Below, piece by piece: positions 30,001 through 43,920 of a stretch of 64,000 bases of DNA (the first letter of the stretch is position 1; every line of letters starts with the position of its first letter). A model generated the notes under the pieces. It made no database searches, was not told the DNA's origin, and saw only the letters and a list, made by a program, of their open reading frames with translations. A program made the translations under genes and the position numbers. The stretch is from Auanema rhodensis (taxonomy: Eukaryota; Animalia; Nematoda), in the NCBI GenBank assembly GCA_964057225.1, contig OZ059895.1, forward strand, positions 8,928,001-8,992,000. The letters are read 5' to 3'.

Positions 30001-33000
30001 ACCAGAAGAAGAACAACCCGTTGATATCGTTGAGAAGACAAAGAGCCTCGGAGACAAGATCACCGGCTTGTTCAAGAAGGGACCAGCTCATCTGGATTAT
30101 CCAACTTCTGAAACATACGATGGACCATTGGCTTCCACTGGACGTGCTTCTGAAATTGAAGGAGATGCTCTAACTCATCATGTTGCTGTCTACCACAGTG
30201 GACGATCTGACGATCAACCAACTACATCTCAACCTCAGAAACCAGAAGAAGAACAACCCGTTGATATCGTTGAGAAGACAAAGAGCCTCGGAGACAAGAT
30301 CACCGGCTTGTTCAAGAAGGGACCAGCTCATCTGGATTATCCAACTTCTGAAACATACGATGGACCATTGACTACTACCGGACGGGCTTCTGAAATTGAA
30401 GGAGATGCTCTAACTCATCATGTTGCTGTCTACCACAGTGGACGATCTGACGATCAACCAACTACATCTCAACCTCAGAAACCAGAAGAAGAACAACCCG
30501 TTGATATCGTTGAGAAGACAAAGAGCCTTGGAGACAAGATCACCGGCTTATTCAAGAAGGGACCAGCTTATCTGGACTATCCAACTTCTGAAATTTACGA
30601 TGGACCATTGACTACTACCGGACGTGCTTCTGAAATTGAAGGAGATGCTCTAACTCATCATGTTGCTGTCTACCACAGTGGACGATCTGACGATCAACCA
30701 ACTACATCTCAACCTCAGAAACCAGAAGAAGAACAACCCGTTGATATCGTTGAGAAGACAAAGAGCCTTGGAGACAAGATCACCGGCTTATTCAAGAAGG
30801 GACCAGCTCATCTGGATTATCCAACTTCTGAAACATACGATGGACCATTGACTACTACCGGACGGGCTTCTGAAATTGAAGGAGATGCTCTAACTCATCA
30901 TGTTGCTGTCTACCACAGTGGACGATCTGACGATCAACCAACTACATCTCAACCTCAGAAACCAGAAGAAGAACAACCCGTTGATATCGTTGAGAAGACA
31001 AAGAGCCTCGGAGACAAGATCACCGGCTTGTTCAAGAAGGGACCAGCTCATCTGGATTATCCAACTTCTGAAATTTACGATGGACCATTGACTACTACCG
31101 GACGTGCTTCTGAAATTGAAGGAGATGCTCTAACTCATCATGTTGCTGTCTACCACAGTGGACGATCTGACGATCAACCAACTACATCTCAACCTCAGAA
31201 ACCAGAAGAAGAACAACCCGTTGATATCGTTGAGAAGACAAAGAGCCTCGGAGACAAGATCACCGGCTTGTTCAAGAAGGGACCAGCTCATCTGGATTAT
31301 CCAACTTCTGAAACATACGATGGACCATTGGCTTCCACTGGACGTGCTTCTGAAATTGAAGGAGATGCTCTAACTCATCATGTTGCTGTCTACCACAGTG
31401 GACGATCTGACGATCAACCAACTACATCTCAACCTCAGAAACCAGAAGAAGAACAACCCGTTGATATCGTTGAGAAGACAAAGAGCCTCGGAGACAAGAT
31501 CACCGGCTTGTTCAAGAAGGGACCAGCTCATCTGGATTATCCAACTTCTGAAACATACGATGGACCATTGACTACTACCGGACGTGCTTCTGAAATTGAA
31601 GGAGATGCTCTAACTCATCATGTTGCTGTCTACCACAGTGGACGATCTGACGATCAACCAACTACATCTCAACCTCAGAAACCAGAAGAAGAACAACCCG
31701 TTGATATCGTTGAGAAGACAAAGAGCCTCGGAGACAAGATCACCGGCTTATTCAAGAAGGGACCAGCTCATCTGGATTATCCAACTTCTGAAACATACGA
31801 TGGACCATTGACTACTACCGGACGTGCTTCTGAAATTGAAGGAGATGCTCTAACTCATCATGTTGCTGTCTACCACAGTGGACGATCTGACGATCAACCA
31901 ACTACATCTCAACCTCAGAAACCAGAAGAAGAACAACCCGTTGATATCGTTGAGAAGACAAAGAGCCTCGGAGACAAGATCACCGGCTTGTTCAAGAAGG
32001 GACCAGCTCATCTGGATTATCCAACTTCTGAAACATACGATGGACCATTGACTACTACCGGACGTGCTTCTGAAATTGAAGGAGATGCTCTAACTCATCA
32101 TGTTGCTGTCTACCACAGTGGACGATCTGACGATCAACGAACTACATCTCAACCTCAGAAACCAGAAGAAGAACAACCCGTTGATATCGTTGAGAAGACA
32201 AAGAGCCTCGGAGACAAGATCACCGGCTTATTCAAGAAGGGACCAGCTCATCTGGATTATCCAACTTCTGAAACATACGATGGACCATTGACTACTACCG
32301 GACGTGCTTCTGAAATTGAAGGAGATGCTCTAACTCATCATGTTGCTGTCTACCACAGTGGACGATCTGACGATCAACCAACTACATCTCAACCTCAGAA
32401 ACCAGAAGAAGAACAACCCGTTGATATCGTTGAGAAGACAAAGAGCCTCGGAGACAAGATCACCGGCTTATTCAAGAAGGGACCAGCTCATCTGGATTAT
32501 CCAACTTCTGAAACATACGATGGACCATTGGCTTCCACTGGACGTGCTTCTGAAATTGAAGGAGATGCTCTAACTCATCGTGTTGCTGTCTACCACAGTG
32601 GACGATCTGACGATCAACCAACTACATCTCAACCTCAGAAACCAGAAGAAGAACAACCCGTTGATATCGTTGAGAAGACAAAGAGCCTTGGAGACAAGAT
32701 CACCGGCTTATTCAAGAAAGGACCAGCTCATCTGGATTATCCAACTTCTGAAACATACGATGGACCATTGGCTTCTACTGGACGTGCTTCTGAAATTGAA
32801 GGAGATGCTCTAACTCATCGTGTTGCTGTCTACCACAGTGGACGATCTGACGATCAACCAACTACATCTCAACCTCAGAAACCAGAAGAAGAACAACCCG
32901 TTGATATCGTTGAGAAGACAAAGAGCCTCGGAGACAAGATCACCGGCTTATTCAAGAAGGGACCAGCTCATCTGGATTATCCAACTTCTGAAACATACGA

Positions 33001-36000
33001 TGGACCATTGGCTTCCACTGGACGTGCTTCTGAAATTGAAGGATATGCTCTAACTCATCGTGTTGCTGTCTACCACAGTGGACGATCTGACGATCAACCA
33101 ACTACATCTCAACCTCAGAAACCAGAAGAAGAACAACCCGTTGATATCGTTGAGAAGACAAAGAGCCTTGGAGATAAGATCACCGGCTTATTCAAGAAGG
33201 GACCAGCTCATCTGGATTATCCAACTTCTGAAATTTACGATGGACCATTGACTACTACCGGACGTGCTTCTGAAATTGAAGGAGATGCTCTTACTCATCA
33301 TGTTGCTGTCTACCACAGTGGACGATCTGACGATCAACCAACTACATCTCAACCTCAGAAACCAGAAGAAGAACAACCCGTTCATATCGTTGAGAAGACA
33401 AAGAGCCTTGGAGACAAGATCACCGGAATTTTCAAGAAGGGACCAGCTCATCTGGATTATCCAACTTCTGAAACATACGATGGACCATTGACTACTACCG
33501 GACGTGCTTCTGAAATTGAAGGAGATGCTCTCACTCATCATGTTGCTGTCTACCACAGTGGACGATCTGACGATCAACCAACTACATCTCAACCTCAGAA
33601 ACCAGAAGAAGAGCAGCATGTTGATATCGTGGAGAAGACAAAGAGGCTCGGAGACAAGATCACTGGCGTTTTCAAGAAGGGACCAGCTCATGTGGATTAT
33701 CCAACTTCTGACGTCTACGATGGACCATTGGCTTCTACTGGACGTGCTTCTGAAATTGAAGGAGATGCTCTTACTCATCATGTTGCTGTCTACCACAGTG
33801 GACGATCTGACGATCAACCAACTACATCTCAACCTCAGAAACCAGAAGAAGAACAACCCGTTGATATCGTTGAGAAGACAAAGAGCCTCGGAGACAAGAT
33901 CACCGGCTTATTCAAGAAGGGACCAGCTCATCTGAATTATCCAACTTCTGAAACATACGATGGACCATTGACTACTACCGGACGTGCTTCTGAAATTGAA
34001 GGAGATGCTCTCACTCATCATGTTGCTGTCTACCACAGTGGACGATCTGACGATCAACCAACTACATCTCAACCTCAGAAACCAGAAGAAGAGCAGCATG
34101 TTGATATCGTGGAGAAGACAAAGAGGCTCGGAGACAAGATCACTGGCGTTTTCAAGAAGGGACCAGCTCATGTGGATTATCCAACTTCTGACGTCTACGA
34201 TGGACCATTGGCTTCTACTGGACGTGCTTCTGAAATTGAAGGAGATGCTCTTACTCATCATGTTGCTGTCTACCACAGTGGACGATCTGACGATCAACCA
34301 ACTACATCTCAACCTCAGAAACCAGAAGAAGAACAACCCGTTGATATCGTTGAGAAGACAAAGAGCCTCGGAGACAAGATCACCGGCTTATTCAAGAAGG
34401 GACCAGCTCATCTGAATTATCCAACTTCTGAAACATACGATGGACCATTGACTACTACCGGACGTGCTTCTGAAATTGAAGGAGATGCTCTCACTCATCA
34501 TGTTGCTGTCTACCACAGTGGACGATCTGACGATCAACCAACTACATCTCAACCTCAGAAACCAGAAGAAGAGCAGCATGTTGATATCGTGGAGAAGACA
34601 AAGAGGCTCGGAGACAAGATCACTGGCGTTTTCAAGAAGGGACCAGCTCATCTGAATTATCCAACTTCTGAAACATACGATGGACCATTGACTACTACCG
34701 GACGTGCTTCTGAAATTGAAGGAGATGCTCTATCTCATCATGTTGCTGTCTACCACAGTGGACGATCTGACGATCAACCAACTACATCTCAACCTCAGAA
34801 ACCAGAAGAAGAACAACCCGTTGATATCGTTGAGAAGACAAAGAGCCTCGGAGACAAGATCACCGGCTTGTTCAAGAAGGGACCAGCTCATCTGGATTAT
34901 CCAACTTCTGAAACATACGATGGACCATTGACTACTACCGGACGTGCTTCTGAAATTGAAGGAGATGCTCTCACTCATCATGTTGCTGTCTACCACAGTG
35001 GACGATCTGACGATCAACCAACTACATCTCAACCTCAGAAACCAGAAGAAGAGCAGCATGTTGATATCGTTGAGAAGACAAAGAGCCTCGGAGACAAGAT
35101 CACCGGCTTATTCAAGAAGGGACCAGCTCATCTGAATTATCCAACTTCTGAAACATACGATGGACCATTGACTACTACCGGACGTGCTTCTGAAATTGAA
35201 GGAGATGCTCTATCTCATCATGTTGCTGTCTACCACAGTGGACGATCTGACGATCAACCAACTACATCTCAACCTCAGAAACCAGAAGAAGAACAACCCG
35301 TTGATATCGTTGAGAAGACAAAGAGCCTCGGAGACAAGATCACCGGCTTGTTCAAGAAGGGACCAGCTCATCTGGATTATCCAACTTCTGAAACATACGA
35401 TGGACCATTGACTACTACCGGACGTGCTTCTGAAATTGAAGGAGATGCTCTCACTCATCATGTTGCTGTCTACCACAGTGGACGATCTGACGATCAACCA
35501 ACTACATCTCAACCTCAGAAACCAGAAGAAGAGCAGCATGTTGATATCGTGGAGAAGACAAAGAGGCTCGGAGACAAGATCACTGGCGTTTTCAAGAAGG
35601 GACCAGCTCATCTGGATTATCCAACTTCTGAAACATACGATGGACCATTGACTACTACCGGACGTGCTTCTGAAATTGAAGGAGATGCTCTAACTCATCA
35701 TCTTGCTGTCTACCACAGTGGACGATCTGACGATCAACCAACTACATCTCAACCTCAGAAACCAGAAGAAGAACAACCCGTTGATATCGTTGAGAAGACA
35801 AAGAGCCTTGGAGACAAGATCACCGGCTTATTCAAGAAGGGACCAGCTCATCTGGATTATCCAACTTCTGAAATTTACGATGGACCATTGACTACTACCG
35901 GACGTGCTTCTGAAATTGAAGGAGATGCTCTATCTCATCATGTTGCTGTCTACCACAGTGGACGATCTGACGATCAACCAACTACATCTCAACCTCAGAA

Positions 36001-39000
36001 ACCAGAAGAAGAACAACCCGTTCATATCGTTGAGAAGACAAAGAGCCTCGGAGACAAGATTACCGGCTTATTCAAGAAGGGACCAGCTCATCTGGATTAT
36101 CCAACTTCTGAAACATACGATGGACCATTGACTACTACCGGACGTGCTTCTGAAATTGAAGGAGATGCTCTCACTCATCATGTTGCTGTCTACCACAGTG
36201 GACGATCTGACGATCAACCAACTACATCTCAACCTCAGAAACCAGAAGAAGAGCAGCATGTTGATATCGTGGAGAAGACAAGGAGGCTCGGAGACAAGAT
36301 CACTGGCGTTTTCAAGAAGGGACCAGCTCATGTGGATTATCCAACTTCTGACGTCTACGATGGACCATTGGCTTCTACTGGACGTGCTTCTGAAATTGAA
36401 GGAGATGCTCTCACTCATCATGTTGCTGTCTACCACAGTGGACGATCTGACGATCAACCAACTACATCTCAACCTCAGAAACCAGAAGAAGAGCAGCATG
36501 TTGAAATCGTGGAGAAGACAAAGAGCCTCGGAGACAAGATGACCGGCGTTTTCAAGAAGGGACCAGCTCATGTGGATTATCCAACTTCTGACGTCTACGA
36601 TGGACCATTGGCTTCTACTGGACGTGCTTCTGAAATTGAAGGAGATGCTCTTACTCATCATGTTGCTGTCTACCACAGTGGACGATCTGACGATCAACCA
36701 ACTACATCTCAACCTCAGAAACCAGAAGAAGAACAACCCGTTGATATCGTTGAGAAGACAAAGAGCCTTGGAGACAAGATCACCGGCTTATTCAAGAAGG
36801 GACCAGCTCATGTGGATTATCCAACTTCTGACGTCTACGATGGACCATTGGCTTCTACTGGACGTGCTTCTGAAATTGAAGGAGATGCTCTTACTCATCA
36901 TGTTGCTGTCTACCACAGTGGACGATCTGACGATCAACCAACTACATCTCAACCTCAGAAACCAGAAGAAGAACAACCCGTTCATATCGTTGAGAAGACA
37001 AAGAGCCTCGGAGACAAGATCACCGGCTTATTCAAGAAGGGACCAGCTCATCTGGATTATCCAACTTCTGACGTCTACGATGGACCATTGGCTTCTACTG
37101 GACGTGCTTCTGAAATTGAAGGAGATGCTCTATCTCATCATGTTGCTGTCTACCACAGTGGACGATCTGACGATCAACCAACTACATCTCAACCTCAGAA
37201 ACCAGAAGAAGAACAACCCGTTCATATCGTTGAGAAGACAAAGAGGCTCGGAGACAAGATCACTGGCGTTTTCAAGAAGGGACCAGCTCATGTGGATTAT
37301 CCAACTTCTGACGTATACGATGGACCATTGGCTTCTACCGGACGTGCTTCTGAAATTGAAGGAGATGCTCTATCTCATCATGTTGCTGTCTACCACAGTG
37401 GACGATCTGACGATCAACCAACTACATCTCAACCTCAGAAACCAGAAGAAGAACAACCCGTTCATATCGTTGAGAAGACAAAGAGCCTTGGAGACAAGAT
37501 CACTGGCGTTTTCAAGAAGGGACCAGCTCATGTGGATTATCCAACTTCTGACGTATACGATGGACCATTGGCTTCTACCGGACGTGCTTCTGAAATTGAA
37601 GGAGATGCTCTATCTCATCATGTTGCTGTCTACCACAGTGGACGATCTGACGATCAACCAACTACATCTCAACCTCAGAAACCAGAAGAAGAACAACCCG
37701 TTCATATCGTTGAGAAGACAAAGAGGCTCGGAGACAAGATCACTGGCGTTTTCAAGAAGGGACCAGCTCATCTGGAATATCCAACTTATGAAACATACGA
37801 TGGACCATTGACTACTACCGGACGTGCTTCTGAAATTGAAGGAGATGCTCTCACTCATCATGTTGCTGTCTACCACAGTGGACGATCTGACGATCAACCA
37901 ACTACATCTCAACCTCAGAAACCAGAAGAAGAGCAGCATGTTGATATCGTGGAGAAGACAAAGAGGCTCGGAGACAAGATCACTGGCGTTTTCAAGAAGG
38001 GACCAGCTCATGTGGATTATCCAACTTCTGACGTCTACGATGGACCATTGGCTTCTACTGGACGTGCTTCTGAAATTGAAGGAGATGCTCTTACTCATCA
38101 TGTTGCTGTCTACCACAGTGGACGATCTGACGATCAACCAACTACATCTCAACCTCAGAAGTCAGAGGTAGAACATCATAACGACATCATTGAAAAAGCT
38201 AAAAACCTCGGAGACAAGATCACCGGAATTTTCAAGAAGGGACCAGCTCATCTGGATTATCCAACTTCTGAAACATACGATGGACCATTGACTACTACCG
38301 GACGTGCTTCTGAAATTGAAGGAGATGCTCTTGCTCATCATGTTGCTGTCTACCACAGTGGACGATCTGACGATCAACCAACTACATCTCAACCTCAGAA
38401 ACCAGAAGAAGAGCAGCATGTTGATATCGTGGAGAAGACAAGGAGCCTCGGAGACAAGATCACTGGCGTTTTCAAGAAGGGACCAGCTCATGTGGATTAT
38501 CCAACTTCTGACGTCTACGATGGACCATTGGCTTCTACTGGACATGCTTCTGAAATTGAAGGAGATGCTCTTACTCATCATGTTGCTGTCTACCACAGTG
38601 GACGATCTGACGATAAACCAACTACATCTCAACCTCAGAAGTCAGAGGTAGAACATCATAACGACATCATTGAAAAAGCTAAAAACCTCGGAGACAAGAT
38701 CACCGGAATTTTCAAAAAGGGACCAGCTCATCTGGATTATCCAACTTCGGAAACATACGATGGACCATTGGCTTCCACTGCACGTGCTTCTGAAATTGAA
38801 GGAGATGCTCTTACTCATCATGTTGCTGTCTACCACAGTGGACGATCTGACGATCAACCAGCTACATCTCAACCTCAGAAACCAGAAGAAGAACAACCCG
38901 TTGACATCGTTGAAAAGGCAAAGAGCCTCGGAGACAAGATCACCGGCTTATTCAAGAAGGGACCCGCTCATCTGGATTATCCAACTTCTGACGTCTACGA

Positions 39001-42000
39001 TGGACCATTGGCTTCCACTGCACGTGCTTCTGAAATTGAAGGAGATGCTCTAACTCATCATGTTGCTGTCTACCACAGTGGACGATCTGACGATCAACCA
39101 ACTACATCTCAACCTCAGAAACCAGAAGAAGAACAACCCGTTGACATCGTTGAGAAGGCAAAGAGCCTCGGAGACAAGATCACCGGAATTCTCAAGAAGG
39201 GACCAGCTCATCTGGACTATCCAACTTCTGAAACATACGATGGACCATTGACTTCTACCGGACGTGCTTCTGATATTGAAGAAGATGCTCTTACTCATCA
39301 TGTTGCTGTGTACCACAGTGGACGATCTGACGATCAACCAACTACATCTCAACCTCAGAAGTCAGAGGTAGAACATCATAACGACATCATTGAAAAAGCT
39401 AAAAACCTCGGAGACAAGATCACCGGAGTTTTCAAGAAGGGACCAGCTCATGTGGATTATCCAACTTCTGACGTCTACGATGGACCATTGGCTTCTACTG
39501 GACGTGCTTCTGAAATTGAAGGAGATGCTCTTACTCATCATGTTGCTGTCTACCACAGTGGACGATCTGACGATCAACCAACTACATCTCAACCTCAGAA
39601 GTCAGAGGTAGAACATCATAACGACATCATTGAAAAAGCTAAAAACCTCGGAGACAAGATCACCGGAGTTTTCAAGAAGGGACCAGCTCATGTGGATTAT
39701 CCAACTTCTGACGTATACGATGGACCATTGGCTTCTACTGGACGTGCTTCTGAAATTGAAGGAGATGCTCTCACTCATCATGTTGCTGTCTACCACAGTG
39801 GACGGTCTGAGGACCATCCAACTACATCTCAACCTCAGAAGTCAAAGGAAGAACATCATAACGACATCATTGAAAAAGATAAAAACCTCGGAGACAAGAT
39901 CACCGGCTTATTCAAGAAGGGACCAGCTCATGTGGATTATCCAACTTCTGACGTATACGATGGACCACTGGCTTCTACTGGACGTGCTTCTGAAATTGAA
40001 GGAGATGCTCTCACTCATCATGTTGCTGTCTACCACAGTGGACGATCTGACGATCAACCAACTACATCTCAACCTCAGAAGTCAAAGGAAGAACATCATA
40101 ACGACATCATTGAAAAAGATAAAAACCTCGGAGACAAGATCACCGGCTTATTCAAGAAGGGACCAGCTCATGTGGATTATCCAACTTCTGACGTATACGA
40201 TGGACCACTGGCTTCTACTGGACGTGCTTCTGAAATTGAAGGAGATGCTCTCACTCATCATGTTGCTGTCTACCACAGTGGACGATCTGACGATCAACCA
40301 ACTACATCTCAACCTCAGAAGTCAAAGGAAGAACATCATAACGACATCATTGAAAAAGATAAAAACCTCGGAGACAAGATCACCGGCTTATTCAAGAAGG
40401 GACCAGCTCATGTGGATTATCCAACTTCTGACGTCTACGATGGACCATTGGCTTCTACTGGACGTGCTTCTGAAATTGAAGGAGATGCTCTTACTCATCA
40501 TGTTGCTGTCTACCACAGTGGACGATCTGACGATCAACCAACTACATCTCAACCTCAGAAGTCAGAGGTAGAACATCATAACGACATCATTGAAAAAGCT
40601 AAAAACCTCGGAGACAAGATCACCGGAGTTTTCAAGAAGGGACCAGCTCATGTGGATTATCCAACTTCTGACGTATACGATGGACCATTGGCTTCTACTG
40701 GACGTGCTTCTGAAATTGAAGGAGATACTCTTGCTCATCATGTTGCTGTCTACCACAGTGGACGATCTGACGATCAACCAACAACATCTCAACCTGAGAA
40801 ACCAGAAGAAGAACAACCTGTTGATATCGTTGAGAAGACAAAGAGCCTCGGAGACAAGATCACCGGAGTTTTTAAGAAGGGACCAGCTCATGTGGATTAT
40901 CCAACTTCTGACGTATACGATGGACCATTGTCTTCTACCGGACGTGCTTCTGAAATTGAAGGAGATGCTCTCACTCATCATGTTGCTGTCTACCACAGTG
41001 GACGATCTGACGATCAACCAACTACATCTCAACCTCAGAAGTCAGAGGTAGAACATCATAACGACATCATCGAAAAAGCTAAAAACCTCGGAGACAAGAT
41101 CACAGGCTTATTCAAGAAGGGACCAGCTCATGTGGATTATCCAACTTCTGACGTCTACGATGGACCATTGGCTTCTACTGGACGTGCTTCTGAAATTGAA
41201 GGAGATGCTCTTGCTCATCATGTTGCTGTCTACCACAGTGGACGATCTGACGATCAACCAACTACATCTCAACCTCAGAAGTCAGAGGTAGAACATCATA
41301 ACGACATCATTGAAAAAGCTAAAAACCTCGGAGACAAGATCACCGGAGTTTTCAAGAAGGGACCAGCTCATGTGGATTATCCAACTTCTGACGTATACGA
41401 TGGACCATTGACTTCTACTGGACGTTCTTCTGAAATTGAAGGAGATGCTCTTGCTCATCATGTTGCTGTCTACCACAGTGGACGATCTGACGATCAACCA
41501 ACAACATCTCAACCTGAGAAACCAGAAGAAGAACAACCTGTTGATATCGTCGAGAAGACAAAGAGCCTCGGAGACAAGATCACCGGAGTTTTCAAGAAGG
41601 GACCAGCTCATGTGGATTATCCAACTTCTGACGTATACGATGGACCATTGTCTTCTACCGGACGTGCTTCTGAAATTGAAGGAGATGCTCTCACTCATCA
41701 TGTTGCTGTCTACCACAGTGGACGATCTGACGATCAACCAACTACATCTCAACCTCAGAAGTCAGAGGTAGAACATCATAACGACATCATTGAAAAAGCT
41801 AAAAACCTCGGAAACAAGATCACCGGAGTTTTCAAGAAGGGACCAGCTCATGTGGATTATCCAACTTCTGACGTATACGATGGACCATTGTCTTCTACCG
41901 GACGTGCTTCTGAAATTGAAGGAGATGCTCTCACTCATCATGTTGCTGTCTACCACAGTGGACGATCTGACGATCAACCAACAACATCTCAACCTGAGAA

Positions 42001-43920
42001 ACCAGAAGAAGAACAACCTGTTGATATCGTTGAGAAGACAAAGAGCCTCGGAGACAAGATCACCGGAGTTTTCAAGAAGGGACCAGCTCATCTGGATTAT
42101 CCAACTTCTGACGTATACGATGGACCATTGACTTCTACTGGACGTTCTTCTGAAATTGAAGGAGATGCTCTTGCTCATCATGTTGCTGTCTACCACAGTG
42201 GACGATCTGACGATCAAGCAACTACATGTCAACCTGTGAAACCAGAAGAAGAACAACCTGTTGATATCGTTGAGAAGACAAAGAGCCTCGGAGACAAGAT
42301 CACCGGCTTATTCAAGAAGGGACCAGCTCATCTGGACTATCCAACTTCTGTCGTATACGATGGACCATTGGCTACTACTGGACGTTCTTCTGAAATTGAA
42401 GGAGATGCTCTTGCTCATCATGTTGCTGTCTACCACAGTGGACGATCTGAGGACCATCCAACTACATCTCAACCTGAGAAACCAGAAGAAGAACAACCTG
42501 TTGATATCGTTGAGAAGACAAAGAGCCTCGGAGACAAGATCACCGGCTTATTCAAGAAGGGACCAGCTCATCTGGACTATCCAACTTCTGACGTATACGA
42601 TGGACCATTGGCTACTACTGGACGTTCTTCTGAAATTGAAGGAGATGCTCTAACTCATCATGTTGCTTTCTACCACAGTGGACGATCTGAGGACCATCCA
42701 ACTACATCTCAACCTGAGAAACCAGAAGAAGAACAACCTGTTGATATCGTTGAGAAGACAAAGAGCCTCGGAGACAAGATCACCGGCTTATTCAAGAAGG
42801 GACCAGCTCATCTGGACTATCCAACTTCTGACGTATACGATGGACCACTGGCTTCTACTGGACGTGCTTCTGAAATTGAAGGAGATGCTCTTACTCATCA
42901 TGTTGCTGTCTACCACAGTGGACGATCTGAGGACCATCCAATTACATCTCAACCTGAGAAACCAGAAGAAGAACAACCTGTTGATATCGTTGAGAAGACA
43001 AAGAGCCTCGGAGACAAGATCACCGGCTTATTCAAGAAGGGACCAGCTCATCTGGACTATCCAACTTCTGACGTATACGATGGACCACTGGCTTCTACTG
43101 GACGTGCTTCTGAAATTGAAGGAGATGCTCTAACTCATCATGTTGCTGTCTACCACAGTGGACGATCTGAGGACCATCCAACTACATCTCAACCTGAGAA
43201 ACCAGAAGAAGAACAACCTGTTGATATCGTTGAGAAGACAAAGAGCCTCGGAGACAAGATCACCGGCTTATTGAAGAAGGGACCAGCTCATGTGGATTAT
43301 CCAACTTCTGACGTATACGATGGACCATTGGCTTCTACTGGACGTGCTTCTGAAATTGAAGGAGATGCTCTTACTCATCATGTTGCTGTCTACCACAGTG
43401 GACGATCTGAGGACCATTCAACTACATCTCAACCTGAGAAACCAGAAGAAGAACAACCTGTTGATATCGTTGAGAAGACAAAGAGCCTCGGAGACAAGAT
43501 CACCGGCTTATTGAAGAAGGGACCAGCTCATCTGGATTATCCAACTTCTGACGTATACGATGGACCATTGGCTTCCACTGCACGTGCTTCTGAAATTGAA
43601 GGAGATGCTCTAACTCATCATGTTGCTGTCTACCACAGTGGACGATCTGACGATCAACCAACTACATCTCAACCTCAGAAACCAGAAGAAGAACAACCCG
43701 TTGACATCGTTGAGAAGGCAAAGAGCCTCGGAGACAAGATCACCGGAATTCTCAAGAAGGGACCAGCTCATCTGGACTATCCAACTTCTGAAACATACGA
43801 TGGACCATTGACTTCTACCGGACGTGCTTCTGATATTGAAGGAGATGCTCTTACTCATCATGTTGCTGTCTACCACAGTGGACAATCTGACGATCAACCA
43901 ACTACATCTCAATCTCAAAA
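1..43920 (+). repeat. Coding tandem array, 240-bp unit, about 183 copies in the window, continuing upstream
   Basis: The 60-nt display lines recur every 4 lines with no phase slip. Consensus unit: PEEEQPVDIVEKTKSLGDKITGLFKKGPAHLDYPTSETYDGPL(T/A/S)(T/S)TGRASEIEGDALTHHVAVYHSGRSDDQPTTSQPQK. Confidence 0.99.

Noticed and set aside
180-43918. The many 62-413 aa ORFs in frame +3 and on the - strand (MLLSTTVDD..., MFFFWFLRL...)
   Set aside because: They are shadows of the coding repeat. Their stops appear and disappear with synonymous or minor changes in the main frame.
1-43920. CRISPR array or non-coding satellite DNA
   Set aside because: There are no unique spacers, the context is eukaryotic, the unit is a multiple of 3, and one frame stays open into a unique C-terminal coding region.
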